IMG/VR virus record: IMGVR_UViG_3300032820_001676
Span: 1-29,519 of that record
Reading direction: 5' to 3' (one strand)
DNA from: a virus
Lineage: Duplodnaviria > Caudoviricetes
Length of the DNA: 29,519 nucleotides
A program made the position numbers and the translations under genes. Below the pieces are notes generated by a model. The model was not told where the DNA came from. It worked only from the letters and a program-made list of their open reading frames with translations, and made no database searches. Shown one piece after another: positions 18,293 to 25,730 of this stretch (within the stretch, counting starts at the first letter, position 1; each line of letters opens with the position of its first letter).

Positions 18293-19462
18293 ATGGCAGA
18301 TGTACATAGAAATACAGATACTCGTGTTTGTGGAGCGACTACAACTGTAGTCGGCAATATCGATGTCTTTGCTAACAATTTACTAGTATCTGTTAACGGC
18401 GATCCTAATTCACATGGTGCAGGGGAACTAATAGCCCATTCAAATGAAGTATATGCCGATAACATTCTTACAGTAAATCATACACCAGATACAGCCAATG
18501 CAGATAATAAATGCCCTGTTCCACCACATTGTGCTCCAGAAACAGCTAAAGGATCTCCAAACGTATGCTCAGGAGATCCAAAAAAAGCCCCAATAGTTGT
18601 CCTACCACCACCTGTAGTAGCTAAAATAGAATTACAAGTTGAAACCTATCTTGCTGAGCCATATGTTCGTCCTCCAGGATATGTCCCTACTGAAGATGAA
18701 AAGCAACAGATGGAGGAAAATTTAGACGATACAGTAGATGTTGAAGAAGGTGGAGATATAATTGCTGAAGAAGAACATCAAGTATATGAAGACGTGTGTC
18801 ATCCATTTGACGGAGTATTAGATCAACATCTTTTAGAATCATCAAAAGACTTATGGGATGAAACAGGTATGGATGCAAAATACATTGGTACATATCCTAA
18901 TGGAGCATACGAGAACCCAAGTAATCCTAAAATTTTAAAGATATGGGATGATATAGGATTTAGAGGTAGCAAAGTTTGGGAAACTGATCAAACTGCATGG
19001 TGTATGGGTTATGTTAATTATGTTTTAAAGATGGGAGGCTACCAATGGTTCCAAACTTCTACGGCACTTCATGCTGATATAAAGAGAGATAAATTTGGAT
19101 TTACAGAAATACCTTACGAAAACTGGGATGAAGCAAAATGTGGTGATGTATGCCTTTGGAAATTTCCTAAAAAAAGGAAGACAAAGGGAAAGTGGGTAAT
19201 TATACCAGGAGAATTTTCTTATCACGTAAACTTTCTTTATACAAATAAAAACCAACGTATGTCATTTGTTGGTGGTAATCAAAAAGATGCGGCAAGTAGT
19301 GATAACAATCCATCAGGAGGAGCAGTAACTCATTCTTGGAGAGGATCAGCTGAAAGTCCTTTTAATAAAAAAGGCAAAAAAGATGGACTTGGTGATTATT
19401 TTTACAAAACTCGTGGACACGATACCAACTTAATTAAGATTTTTAGACCAAAAAAGATATAA
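18293..19462 (+). CDS. PAAR-like spike-tip domain fused to a TIGR02594/CHAP-like amidase domain
   Basis: N-term HRNTD...CG...VNGD..SHG...H-C...GSPNV; C-term TAWC...GD...HVNF...VGGNQ; late promoter 18282-18287. Confidence 0.72.
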   Translation: MADVHRNTDTRVCGATTTVVGNIDVFANNLLVSVNGDPNSHGAGELIAHSNEVYADNILTVNHTPDTANADNKCPVPPHCAPETAKGSPNVCSGDPKKAPIVVLPPPVVAKIELQVETYLAEPYVRPPGYVPTEDEKQQMEENLDDTVDVEEGGDIIAEEEHQVYEDVCHPFDGVLDQHLLESSKDLWDETGMDAKYIGTYPNGAYENPSNPKILKIWDDIGFRGSKVWETDQTAWCMGYVNYVLKMGGYQWFQTSTALHADIKRDKFGFTEIPYENWDEAKCGDVCLWKFPKKRKTKGKWVIIPGEFSYHVNFLYTNKNQRMSFVGGNQKDAASSDNNPSGGAVTHSWRGSAESPFNKKGKKDGLGDYFYKTRGHDTNLIKIFRPKKI

Positions 19463-19561
19463 TGGCGAAGTAAATAGCCATTTTAGGCGTTTTAAAGCCA
19501 CTTTCTGCATTAAATAATATTAATAACTATACATAATTATACAAACAGGAGATTAAACATT

Positions 19562-19738
19562 ATGTCAACTCATGAAGAAATTGTTCAAGCATATGAGTCT
19601 TACTTAAAAGAATCAGAATCATTTGAACAGAAAAATGTTAAAGCCGCGGCGGCTAGGGCACGTAAGGCATTAGGTAACTTGGGCAAATTAGCAAAAGGTC
19701 GTAGAAAAGAAATTCAAGATCGAAAAAATTCCCTTTAG
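19562..19738 (+). CDS. Histone H1-like Hc1-family small protein, 58 aa
   Basis: Not in the track. MSTHEEIVQAYESYLKESESFEQKNVKAAAARARKALGNLGKLAKGRRKEIQDRKNSL; AGGAG RBS. Confidence 0.75.
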   Translation: MSTHEEIVQAYESYLKESESFEQKNVKAAAARARKALGNLGKLAKGRRKEIQDRKNSL

Positions 19739-19746
19739 ACTATAAT

Positions 19747-19792
19747 TAACACAAATATAGCATAGGTAGTCAACTTGTGCTATATTGTGTTA
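19747..19792. terminator. Long imperfect stem-loop between the Hc1-like and csp genes
   Basis: taacacaaatatagcatagg...cttgtgctatattgtgtta. Confidence 0.55.
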
Positions 19793-19882
19793 TATCTGTA
19801 TTAAATTTCACACAATTGTTGATAAATATTTCTATAAACAAGTTCAATTTGTTTATAACTACACAAGGACAACATAATACAT

Positions 19883-20107
19883 ATGAGTAAGATGACTGGA
19901 AAATTAAAATGGTTTGACGCCAAAAAGGGCTATGGGTTTATAACACCTGATGATGGTGGCAAAGACGTTTTTATTCACATCTCTGCATTTGAGCAGGCAC
20001 ACATAACTAACATTCGTGATAAGATGGTTTTAGAATATGAGCTAGTAGATAATCGCGGGCGTGAGATTGCTGGCAATATAACCCAACCCGATAATTTCAA
20101 TAGATAA
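19883..20107 (+). CDS. cspA: Cold-shock domain protein
   Basis: [30 protein letters not shown] (RNP1/RNP2). Confidence 0.93.
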   Translation: MSKMTGKLKWFDAKKGYGFITPDDGGKDVFIHISAFEQAHITNIRDKMVLEYELVDNRGREIAGNITQPDNFNR

Positions 20108-20111
20108 TAAT

Positions 20112-20300
20112 CTAATCGCAATTAATACTACGAAATGGAATTGGCTTACCTTCTGAGTCAACTATTAATTCATCGTTAGCTGAACCGCATAGTAATTTCT
20201 TACCATTGGTGCTTACAAACATCGTTGGTTTAATCTCATGACCATTTAAGTATCGTTTGTTATTAACGGAAACGAACCCTCGTTTTTTAATTCCTGCCAT
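20112..20300 (-). CDS. Hypothetical protein, 62 aa
   Basis: GAGG RBS; follows bL12 on the minus strand. Confidence 0.7.
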   Translation of the reverse strand: MAGIKKRGFVSVNNKRYLNGHEIKPTMFVSTNGKKLLCGSANDELIVDSEGKPIPFRSINCD

Positions 20301-20315
20301 TTGCCCTCTTTTTCT

Positions 20316-20696
20316 TTATTTCAGTTCAACAGTTCCACCAGCTTCAACTAAAGCAGTTTTACACGCTTCAGCTTTATCTTTGTCTACTTCTTCTAGTACA
20401 GCTTTTGGTCCTTCTGCACAACCTTCAACAAAGTTTTTGGCTTCTAATAACCCTAGGTCCATAAACTCTCTGACCTTTTTAAGAACAGCAATTTTCTTAT
20501 CAGCGGCAAACCCTGTTAACATTACCGTTGCTGTATCTTTGACTTCTTCGACTGGTGCTTGTACTTGAGCTGGTTGGCTCATTAAAGCATCTAAGTCTAG
20601 CCCCCATGCCTTTTCTAACTTCTTAGCTAGTTCGCCAGCTTCAACAACATTTAAGTTGCCCAACTGTTTTACTAATGTATCTAAATCACTTGACAT
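20316..20696 (-). CDS. rplL: Ribosomal protein bL12 (L7/L12)
   Basis: LNVVEAGELAKKLE..WG; KIAVLKKVRE..DLGLLEAKNFVE; EAGGTVELK. Confidence 0.95.
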   Translation of the reverse strand: MSSDLDTLVKQLGNLNVVEAGELAKKLEKAWGLDLDALMSQPAQVQAPVEEVKDTATVMLTGFAADKKIAVLKKVREFMDLGLLEAKNFVEGCAEGPKAVLEEVDKDKAEACKTALVEAGGTVELK

Positions 20697-20800
20697 TGGA
20701 TCCTTTTTAATGTATAGTTATCCATATACGAATAAATACTGGTGAAATTAGATGTACAACCGGAGATTTGATATGGAAATTGAATTTATAGAGGCTCGAG

Positions 20801-20956
20801 ATGAAGAGCCTGCGAGTATGGTGCAAAGGGAAATTGGCTAAAGTTAAACCTTTGATGCCCTGGATGTTAAGAGCTTATATACTTTGGAGTATAATAGCCG
20901 ACCTTACCCTCTTGGGTGGAATACTGTATCTTGCCATTTACGGTGTACCTTTCTAA
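20801..20956 (+). CDS. Small membrane protein, 51 aa
   Basis: Not in the track. MKSLRVWCKGKLAKVKPLMPWMLRAYILWSIIADLTLLGGILYLAIYGVPF; GAGG RBS; TAAATA 20733-20738. Confidence 0.55.
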   Translation: MKSLRVWCKGKLAKVKPLMPWMLRAYILWSIIADLTLLGGILYLAIYGVPF

Positions 20957-20963
20957 TCGGCAC

Positions 20964-20994
20964 TTGACCTTTCTATTATATTGTGTTATAAATA
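20964..20994 (+). promoter_or_regulatory. Overlapping sigma70-like and late promoter for tmRNA
   Basis: TTGACC-17nt-TATAAA, where the -10 is part of a perfect TATAAATA (20987-20994). Confidence 0.75.
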
Positions 20995-20999
20995 CACTT

Positions 21000-21343
21000 G
21001 TTAACGTTGAAGCTACACAAAGCTAAACAAGACGCGGGTTCAATTCCCGCCACCTCCACCAAATTGGAGCATCCGCGGAGTATATATTTTCCGCAAGTAT
21101 ACAGTCCGGGGGTGAACTGGGATCGATTGGTAGTGTATAGTGTACGTGGAGTTGCCCGTAAGACACGACGGCCTCAACCTAGCGGTTGTTGGAATTAGTT
21201 CGAACACTATAAATGCTAACTTAAAAGCATCAGGTAATGTAACCTTTGTTGATTTCAAAGCGAAATTACCGACAAATGAACAGGTGTTTGCCTTAGCGGC
21301 ATAGCTTGTACGGAGTTTGACCTACTTGGCAACAGGACAGGTT
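21000..21343 (+). ncRNA. ssrA: Circularly permuted two-piece tmRNA (alphaproteobacterial type); outer ends approximate
   Basis: Acceptor piece ...GACGCGGGTTCAATTCCCGCCACCTCCACCA ends at 21061. Coding piece starts GGGGGTGAACTGGGATCGA at 21108. G3:U70 pair. Tag 21215-21304 ANLKASGNVTFVDFKAKLPTNEQVFALAA*. Downstream TGGCAACAG motif. Confidence 0.93.
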
Positions 21344-21345
21344 GG

Positions 21346-21372
21346 GATTGGGCCTTCGGGCCCAATCTTTTT
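21346..21372 (+). terminator. Rho-independent terminator after tmRNA
   Basis: gattgggcc-ttcg-ggcccaatc + T5 (cUUCGg loop). Confidence 0.92.
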
Positions 21373-21373
21373 C

Positions 21374-21402
21374 TTGACATCCTCTAAATTTTATATTATT
21401 AT
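21374..21402 (+). promoter_or_regulatory. sigma70-type promoter facing the minus-strand ORF
   Basis: TTGACA-17nt-TATTAT. Confidence 0.55.
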
Positions 21403-21407
21403 AACAG

Positions 21408-21656
21408 CTACTTTTTTAAATGGTCTTTAGCTATGTCGTACCAATACACACCACTATCGCGAAGCAGTTCATTAGCAGTACGTAATTTTTCTAATCGTCT
21501 ACATAAAACACCAAGTTTATATTCACTTAATGGTTTATCGTCTTCGCATAATATCGTTAGTCTTTTTAGAACATCATCAATTGCAGGGCAAGTGATGTCA
21601 GGAACTTTTGGCGCATTTCTTTTAAGTCTACGCCACTCAGCGTTAGTAAGGGTCAT
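21408..21656 (-). CDS. Hypothetical protein, 82 aa
   Basis: Strong AAGGAGG RBS; fills the gap between tmRNA and HNH. Confidence 0.75.
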   Translation of the reverse strand: MTLTNAEWRRLKRNAPKVPDITCPAIDDVLKRLTILCEDDKPLSEYKLGVLCRRLEKLRTANELLRDSGVYWYDIAKDHLKK

Positions 21657-21743
21657 AGCACCCTCCTTTAGGTTTGCATTATTATTTAAAACCAGTTGTA
21701 AACAACTTATGTACTCTTATTATTAAATAATTTGGAGATTAGA

Positions 21744-22133
21744 ATGATAGATCATAATAATAGAATTTGTATTGAAAAAGGATGTGATAAGTTAGGACAA
21801 CACATGGGGCTCTATCTAAAAGATGGTACTCCTAGACGTAGAAACAGATGTGACATACATCATAAGATTAATATTCAATACGGTGCTGGATTATATATGG
21901 GCCATCGAAAAACCTACTGTGAAAATAAAGATAAACGGTTAGGATTTAAATGTACAACTAATGTTATTTGGCAAGGAATGTTAGATGTAGATCATATAGA
22001 TGGAAACCATAATAATAATCATCCAGATAATTTGCAAACACTTTGCAAATGCTGTCATGCGTATAAAACTATTATAAATGAAGACTGGAAAAAATCGGTT
22101 GACAATAACTTCGAAAAGTTATATAATGCTTAA
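21744..22133 (+). CDS. HNH endonuclease with Cys/His zinc motifs
   Basis: LDVDHIDGNHNNNHPDNLQTLCKCCH; GGAG RBS favours ATG 21744. Confidence 0.88.
   Translation: MIDHNNRICIEKGCDKLGQHMGLYLKDGTPRRRNRCDIHHKINIQYGAGLYMGHRKTYCENKDKRLGFKCTTNVIWQGMLDVDHIDGNHNNNHPDNLQTLCKCCHAYKTIINEDWKKSVDNNFEKLYNA
22099..22127 (+). promoter_or_regulatory. Consensus sigma70 promoter for the tRNA operon, followed by TAAATA (22131-22136)
   Basis: TTGACA-17nt-TATAAT inside the 3' end of the HNH gene. Confidence 0.88.
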
Positions 22134-22142
22134 ATAATGAAT

Positions 22143-22218
22143 GGGGCTGTAGCTCAGTTGGGAGAGCATCTGATTTGCATTCAGAGGGTCGCAGGTTCGA
22201 CTCCTGTCAGCTCCACCA
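22143..22218 (+). tRNA. tRNA-Ala(TGC)
   Basis: GGGGCTG...TCTGA-TTTGCAT-TCAGA...GGTTCGACTCC...CAGCTCCACCA, 76 nt. Confidence 0.97.
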
Positions 22219-22228
22219 TGTATTTTAC

Positions 22229-22304
22229 GGTCCGGTAGTAAAGCGGTTAATACGCCCGCCTGTCACGCGGGAGATCATGGGTTCGATTCCCATCCGGACC
22301 GCCA
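22229..22304 (+). tRNA. tRNA-Asp(GTC)
   Basis: GGTCCGG...CCCGC-CTGTCAC-GCGGG...GGTTCGATTCC...CCGGACCGCCA, 76 nt. Confidence 0.96.
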
Positions 22305-22321
22305 AATAATTCGAGGTTGTT

Positions 22322-22693
22322 ATGAAACAACTAAATTTTAACAAAGGTGATGTAATTTTAAAAGAAGGTGAAATTAGCGACAATGCTTTTATTGTATTGG
22401 ACGGTGCAGTTTCAGTAACAAAAGCTATGCCTGATGGAACCGAAAAAGAATTAGCTATTCTAGAAAAAAATTCAATTTTTGGTGAGTGTGGATTAGTAGA
22501 CTCATTACCTAGAACGGCAACGTGTCGAGCACACACAAATAATTTAATAGTTGGAGTTGTAACTAAAGAAAATTATGCCCAACTTGTTAAACACAAACCC
22601 GACTCTCTTTTACCAATCTTACGTATTATCACGCAACGAATGAGAGATACATTAGAGTTTGTAGACCAGATATACGGTACAATAAAGAAATAG
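22322..22693 (+). CDS. Stand-alone cyclic-nucleotide-binding domain protein
   Basis: GDVILKEGE...FIVLDGAV...FGECGLVDSLPRTAT; no HTH follows. Confidence 0.9.
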   Translation: MKQLNFNKGDVILKEGEISDNAFIVLDGAVSVTKAMPDGTEKELAILEKNSIFGECGLVDSLPRTATCRAHTNNLIVGVVTKENYAQLVKHKPDSLLPILRIITQRMRDTLEFVDQIYGTIKK

Positions 22694-22711
22694 TCAGAAG
22701 GAACATAAATC

Positions 22712-23170
22712 GTGCTACGAGACAACCCAATCGGTGTGATTACGGATCAAAGGTATTATAACCCTACCGAACGTATCTTTGACGCCCTTGAACGAGTTGC
22801 TATTGATAGTGAAGGACTTGCTGGTCGTTTTAAACTAGCTAGTGCAATAGTGTATAGAAAAAATATTATTACTATTGGAACTAACAGTTATAAAACACAT
22901 CCTATAATGAATGAGTACGGAGTAAACGATTCAGCAATTTATCTTCATGCAGAAATAGATGCTCTTAATAAAGCATTAAGATTTGTACAAGAAGATCAAC
23001 TTGCAAAATGTGATTTATATGTATTGCGAGTTAAACGTGAAGATGGATTTGGTTCTGCATGGATTCGCGGCCTAGCAAAACCCTGCGACGGCTGTATGAA
23101 AGCTATAGAACGATATAAAATTAAGAATGTTTACTATACCAAAGATTATATAATGCAAATAAATAACTGA
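22712..23170 (+). CDS. Zn-dependent cytidine/dCMP deaminase-fold protein
   Basis: LHAEIDAL ... AKPCDGC. Confidence 0.85.
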   Translation: MLRDNPIGVITDQRYYNPTERIFDALERVAIDSEGLAGRFKLASAIVYRKNIITIGTNSYKTHPIMNEYGVNDSAIYLHAEIDALNKALRFVQEDQLAKCDLYVLRVKREDGFGSAWIRGLAKPCDGCMKAIERYKIKNVYYTKDYIMQINN

Positions 23171-23194
23171 GTAGTTAATCGAAAGGAACTATTC

Positions 23195-23629
23195 ATGTAC
23201 GAATATAGATGTAAAATTTTAAGAGTAGTAGATGGTGATACTGTAGATGTGGACATCGATTTAGGTTTCGGTGTATGGATGCACAAAGAACGTGTAAGAA
23301 TTTATGGACTTGATACACCTGAGTCACGTACACGTGATAAGGTCGAAAAGGTGTTTGGTAACTATGCTAAACAAATTGTTAAGGATTGGCTTCCTACAGG
23401 TAGTATTCAAAAATTAGTAACTGAAAAAGATAAGTCAGGTAAGTATGGCCGTATACTAGGACGTTTTAAAATCTTCGATGCTGAAACAGATAGAGAAATG
23501 TATATGGAAGAATGGATGATTAGTAAAGGAATCGGTGTAGCTTATACAGGACAAAGTAAAGAAGAAATCAAAGAAGCTCACTTGGCTAACAGAGAACGAC
23601 TAATTAAAGAAGGAAAAGTAAAACTATAA
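23195..23629 (+). CDS. Thermonuclease (SNase-like)
   Basis: RVVDGDTV, RVRIYGLDTPE, GKYGRILG. Confidence 0.9.
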   Translation: MYEYRCKILRVVDGDTVDVDIDLGFGVWMHKERVRIYGLDTPESRTRDKVEKVFGNYAKQIVKDWLPTGSIQKLVTEKDKSGKYGRILGRFKIFDAETDREMYMEEWMISKGIGVAYTGQSKEEIKEAHLANRERLIKEGKVKL

Positions 23630-23630
23630 T

Positions 23631-23942
23631 ATGTACAGACCATTACCAGACGGATTAACAATAAAAGAGTCCAACGTACAAGGATTAGGATTGTTTGCAA
23701 CACAAAACTTTGATCCAGATACTGTTCTGGGAATTGTACATATTAATAATAAGAATTTCCCGCATGGTTATATTCGAACAGCTCTTGGAGCCTTTTATAA
23801 TCATTCGGAAGATCCTAACTGTAAAACATTAAAAGGATTTTGGCACCAAATACCGGTTGTTTATCTAGTAACTAAAAAGAGCATTAAAAATGGTGATGAA
23901 CTTACGGCAAAATATACTTTGTACAGCGATTTTGACTACTAA
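23631..23942 (+). CDS. Minimal SET-domain protein (putative lysine methyltransferase)
   Basis: QGLGLFA, FYNHSEDPNC, IKNGDELTAKY. Confidence 0.88.
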   Translation: MYRPLPDGLTIKESNVQGLGLFATQNFDPDTVLGIVHINNKNFPHGYIRTALGAFYNHSEDPNCKTLKGFWHQIPVVYLVTKKSIKNGDELTAKYTLYSDFDY

Positions 23943-24017
23943 CGCCCCGCCTATAGTTATCAGAGTATAAAATTACACCCTAATTTAGTATTAAATATTA
24001 TTAGTTAAGGAATTTAT

Positions 24018-24563
24018 ATGCCTAGATGGGTACTAGGGTTTGTGTTCCTCTTTACGTTTATTGGAACAAGTGTATTGGCGGCAGAATTATACACAAGAGA
24101 ACAAGAACCCGAATTATATTGTTTAGCAGAAAATATTTATTGGGAATCACACCCGGATAACCTTGCGGGCCGAGCCGCGGTTGCTGACGTGGTTCTTAAT
24201 AGAGTAGAAGATCCTCGATTTCCAAATACCATTTGCAAAGTAATCTATGACGCAGTTTATGAAGAAAGTTGGAAAACTAAAGGCAAAGAGGTTCCTGACG
24301 CAGAACGCATTTTTAATCCTGTCCGTAATATGTGCCAATTTAGTTGGTGGTGTGATGGCAAGCCAGATAACATTCTTAACAAAGATGGAGAAAACTGGCG
24401 TAAGATTCAAGAACTAGCATATAAAATGGTTACTCATGGATACCTACGTGGAATTAGCGACAACTCAACTCATTATCATGCACCATACGTTCATCCAGAA
24501 TGGAATCGACGTTTTGAGAAAAAAGGACGAATTGGTATGCATTTATTCTATCGACAAAATTAA
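24018..24563 (+). CDS. SleB/Hydrolase_2 cell-wall hydrolase
   Basis: Signal peptide; CLAENIYWES, AVADVVLNRV, CQFSWWCDGK, THYHA, IGMHLFY. Confidence 0.92.
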   Translation: MPRWVLGFVFLFTFIGTSVLAAELYTREQEPELYCLAENIYWESHPDNLAGRAAVADVVLNRVEDPRFPNTICKVIYDAVYEESWKTKGKEVPDAERIFNPVRNMCQFSWWCDGKPDNILNKDGENWRKIQELAYKMVTHGYLRGISDNSTHYHAPYVHPEWNRRFEKKGRIGMHLFYRQN

Positions 24564-24566
24564 TAC

Positions 24567-24595
24567 TTGACAATTTAGATCTTATTTGTTATAGT
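24567..24595 (+). promoter_or_regulatory. sigma70-type promoter
   Basis: TTGACA-17nt-TATAGT with TG extension. Confidence 0.8.
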
Positions 24596-24604
24596 AGTTC
24601 TATT

Positions 24605-25051
24605 ATGACAATGCATTTAGTTAATGGGCTCACTAGCCTAAATACCAAAAAACGTAAAACGAAAAGGAAGCCCGATTCGTACTACGAACCTGGTTGGCGT
24701 AAACACAACAAACTTTTGAAAAGGTTGAATACGGATACAATGACCTTAAACGAATATATCGATTATATTCGCGGTGTTTACAAACCAATTAAGAAACGGT
24801 ATCCCGTAAAGACCTATACCCCTGGGAGTGTAGTGTCAACGGTTAGCACGTCGGTCTCCAAAACCGAAAGTGAGGGTTCGATTCCTTCCACTTCTGCCAA
24901 ACCCAATATCGATGGCGGAACAAGAAATTGGAAACAAGAACAAGAACGTATCCAAATTAGTAAACAATATACAATAGTTCCTGCATATAATAAAGGACCA
25001 TATATGGTTGTTTCCAAAAAAGATTTAAAAACTGCTGGAAAAAAGGTGTAA
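24605..25051 (+). CDS. Basic hypothetical phage protein containing a nested tRNA
   Basis: Open 148-aa frame, MTMHLV... to ...IVPAYNKGPYMVV. Confidence 0.75.
   Translation: MTMHLVNGLTSLNTKKRKTKRKPDSYYEPGWRKHNKLLKRLNTDTMTLNEYIDYIRGVYKPIKKRYPVKTYTPGSVVSTVSTSVSKTESEGSIPSTSAKPNIDGGTRNWKQEQERIQISKQYTIVPAYNKGPYMVVSKKDLKTAGKKV
24824..24899 (+). tRNA. tRNA-Trp(CCA) nested in a CDS
   Basis: GGGAGTG TA GTGT CAACGGTTA GCAC G TCGGT CTCCAAA ACCGA AAGT GAGGG TTCGATT CCTTC CACTTCT G CCA, 76 nt. Confidence 0.88.
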
Positions 25052-25094
25052 AAACTTTTTGGCAATATCAATTCAAAATAGATACAAAATAAAC

Positions 25095-25123
25095 TTGACA
25101 TTATTGATCTGTTTTGTTATACT
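25095..25123 (+). promoter_or_regulatory. sigma70-type promoter for the lipoprotein operon
   Basis: TTGACA-17nt-TATACT with TG extension. Confidence 0.85.
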
Positions 25124-25157
25124 ATAGGCATAATGAACTATACTTTCGGAGGCTAAA

Positions 25158-25712
25158 ATGAAAGGCAACTTAAAAACACTAGGAATTATAAGTGCTATTG
25201 CACTAATGATGTCTGCGTGTACAACTACGACTCAAATTGTTGAGCGTGAAAAAGACGTTGTACCAACTTGGTACATGAATTGTGAAGACACCGGATCAGA
25301 AGGCTGGTTTTGGTGGAGTAAAGACTACTACTATGCTTGTGGTGGTTCTGTAAGTGGATTTAAAGAAGCGGCTTATGACAAAGCTACTCAAATAGCAAAA
25401 ACTAAAATTGCTGATCGAATTAATGGCGAAGTTAATAAGCGAACTACAATCGAATACAATGATGCTGGTAGTGAAGACTCGCTATCAAGTTCAACCCAAA
25501 GTCAATTGCTTATTGTTAATAAGATAACTGACACCGCGGTTAGACACTATTCTCAAACTGAAGGTTACCTATACAAAAGAAATGGTGTATATCATTACTT
25601 TGTAATGGTTAAAGTTGAGAAGAGTATTATTGATTCTTTGGTATCTGAAGCTAAAGCTAAAGCAAATAAAGTAGATACCAAAAGTATTGAGAAATCTGCA
25701 AAGCAGTTATAA
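25158..25712 (+). CDS. Lipoprotein (LPP20-like)
   Basis: Lipobox MSAC; VPTWY; A...A...AK..IA.RI pattern. Confidence 0.75.
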   Translation: MKGNLKTLGIISAIALMMSACTTTTQIVEREKDVVPTWYMNCEDTGSEGWFWWSKDYYYACGGSVSGFKEAAYDKATQIAKTKIADRINGEVNKRTTIEYNDAGSEDSLSSSTQSQLLIVNKITDTAVRHYSQTEGYLYKRNGVYHYFVMVKVEKSIIDSLVSEAKAKANKVDTKSIEKSAKQL

Positions 25713-25730
25713 TACACAAGGAGTATAAAA

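Noticed and set aside
20998-21258. ORFs 20998-21198 (+) and 21040-21258 (-)
   Set aside because: Explained by the tmRNA gene
22225-22536. Minus-strand 103-aa ORF
   Set aside because: Antisense to tRNA-Asp and the cNMP-binding gene
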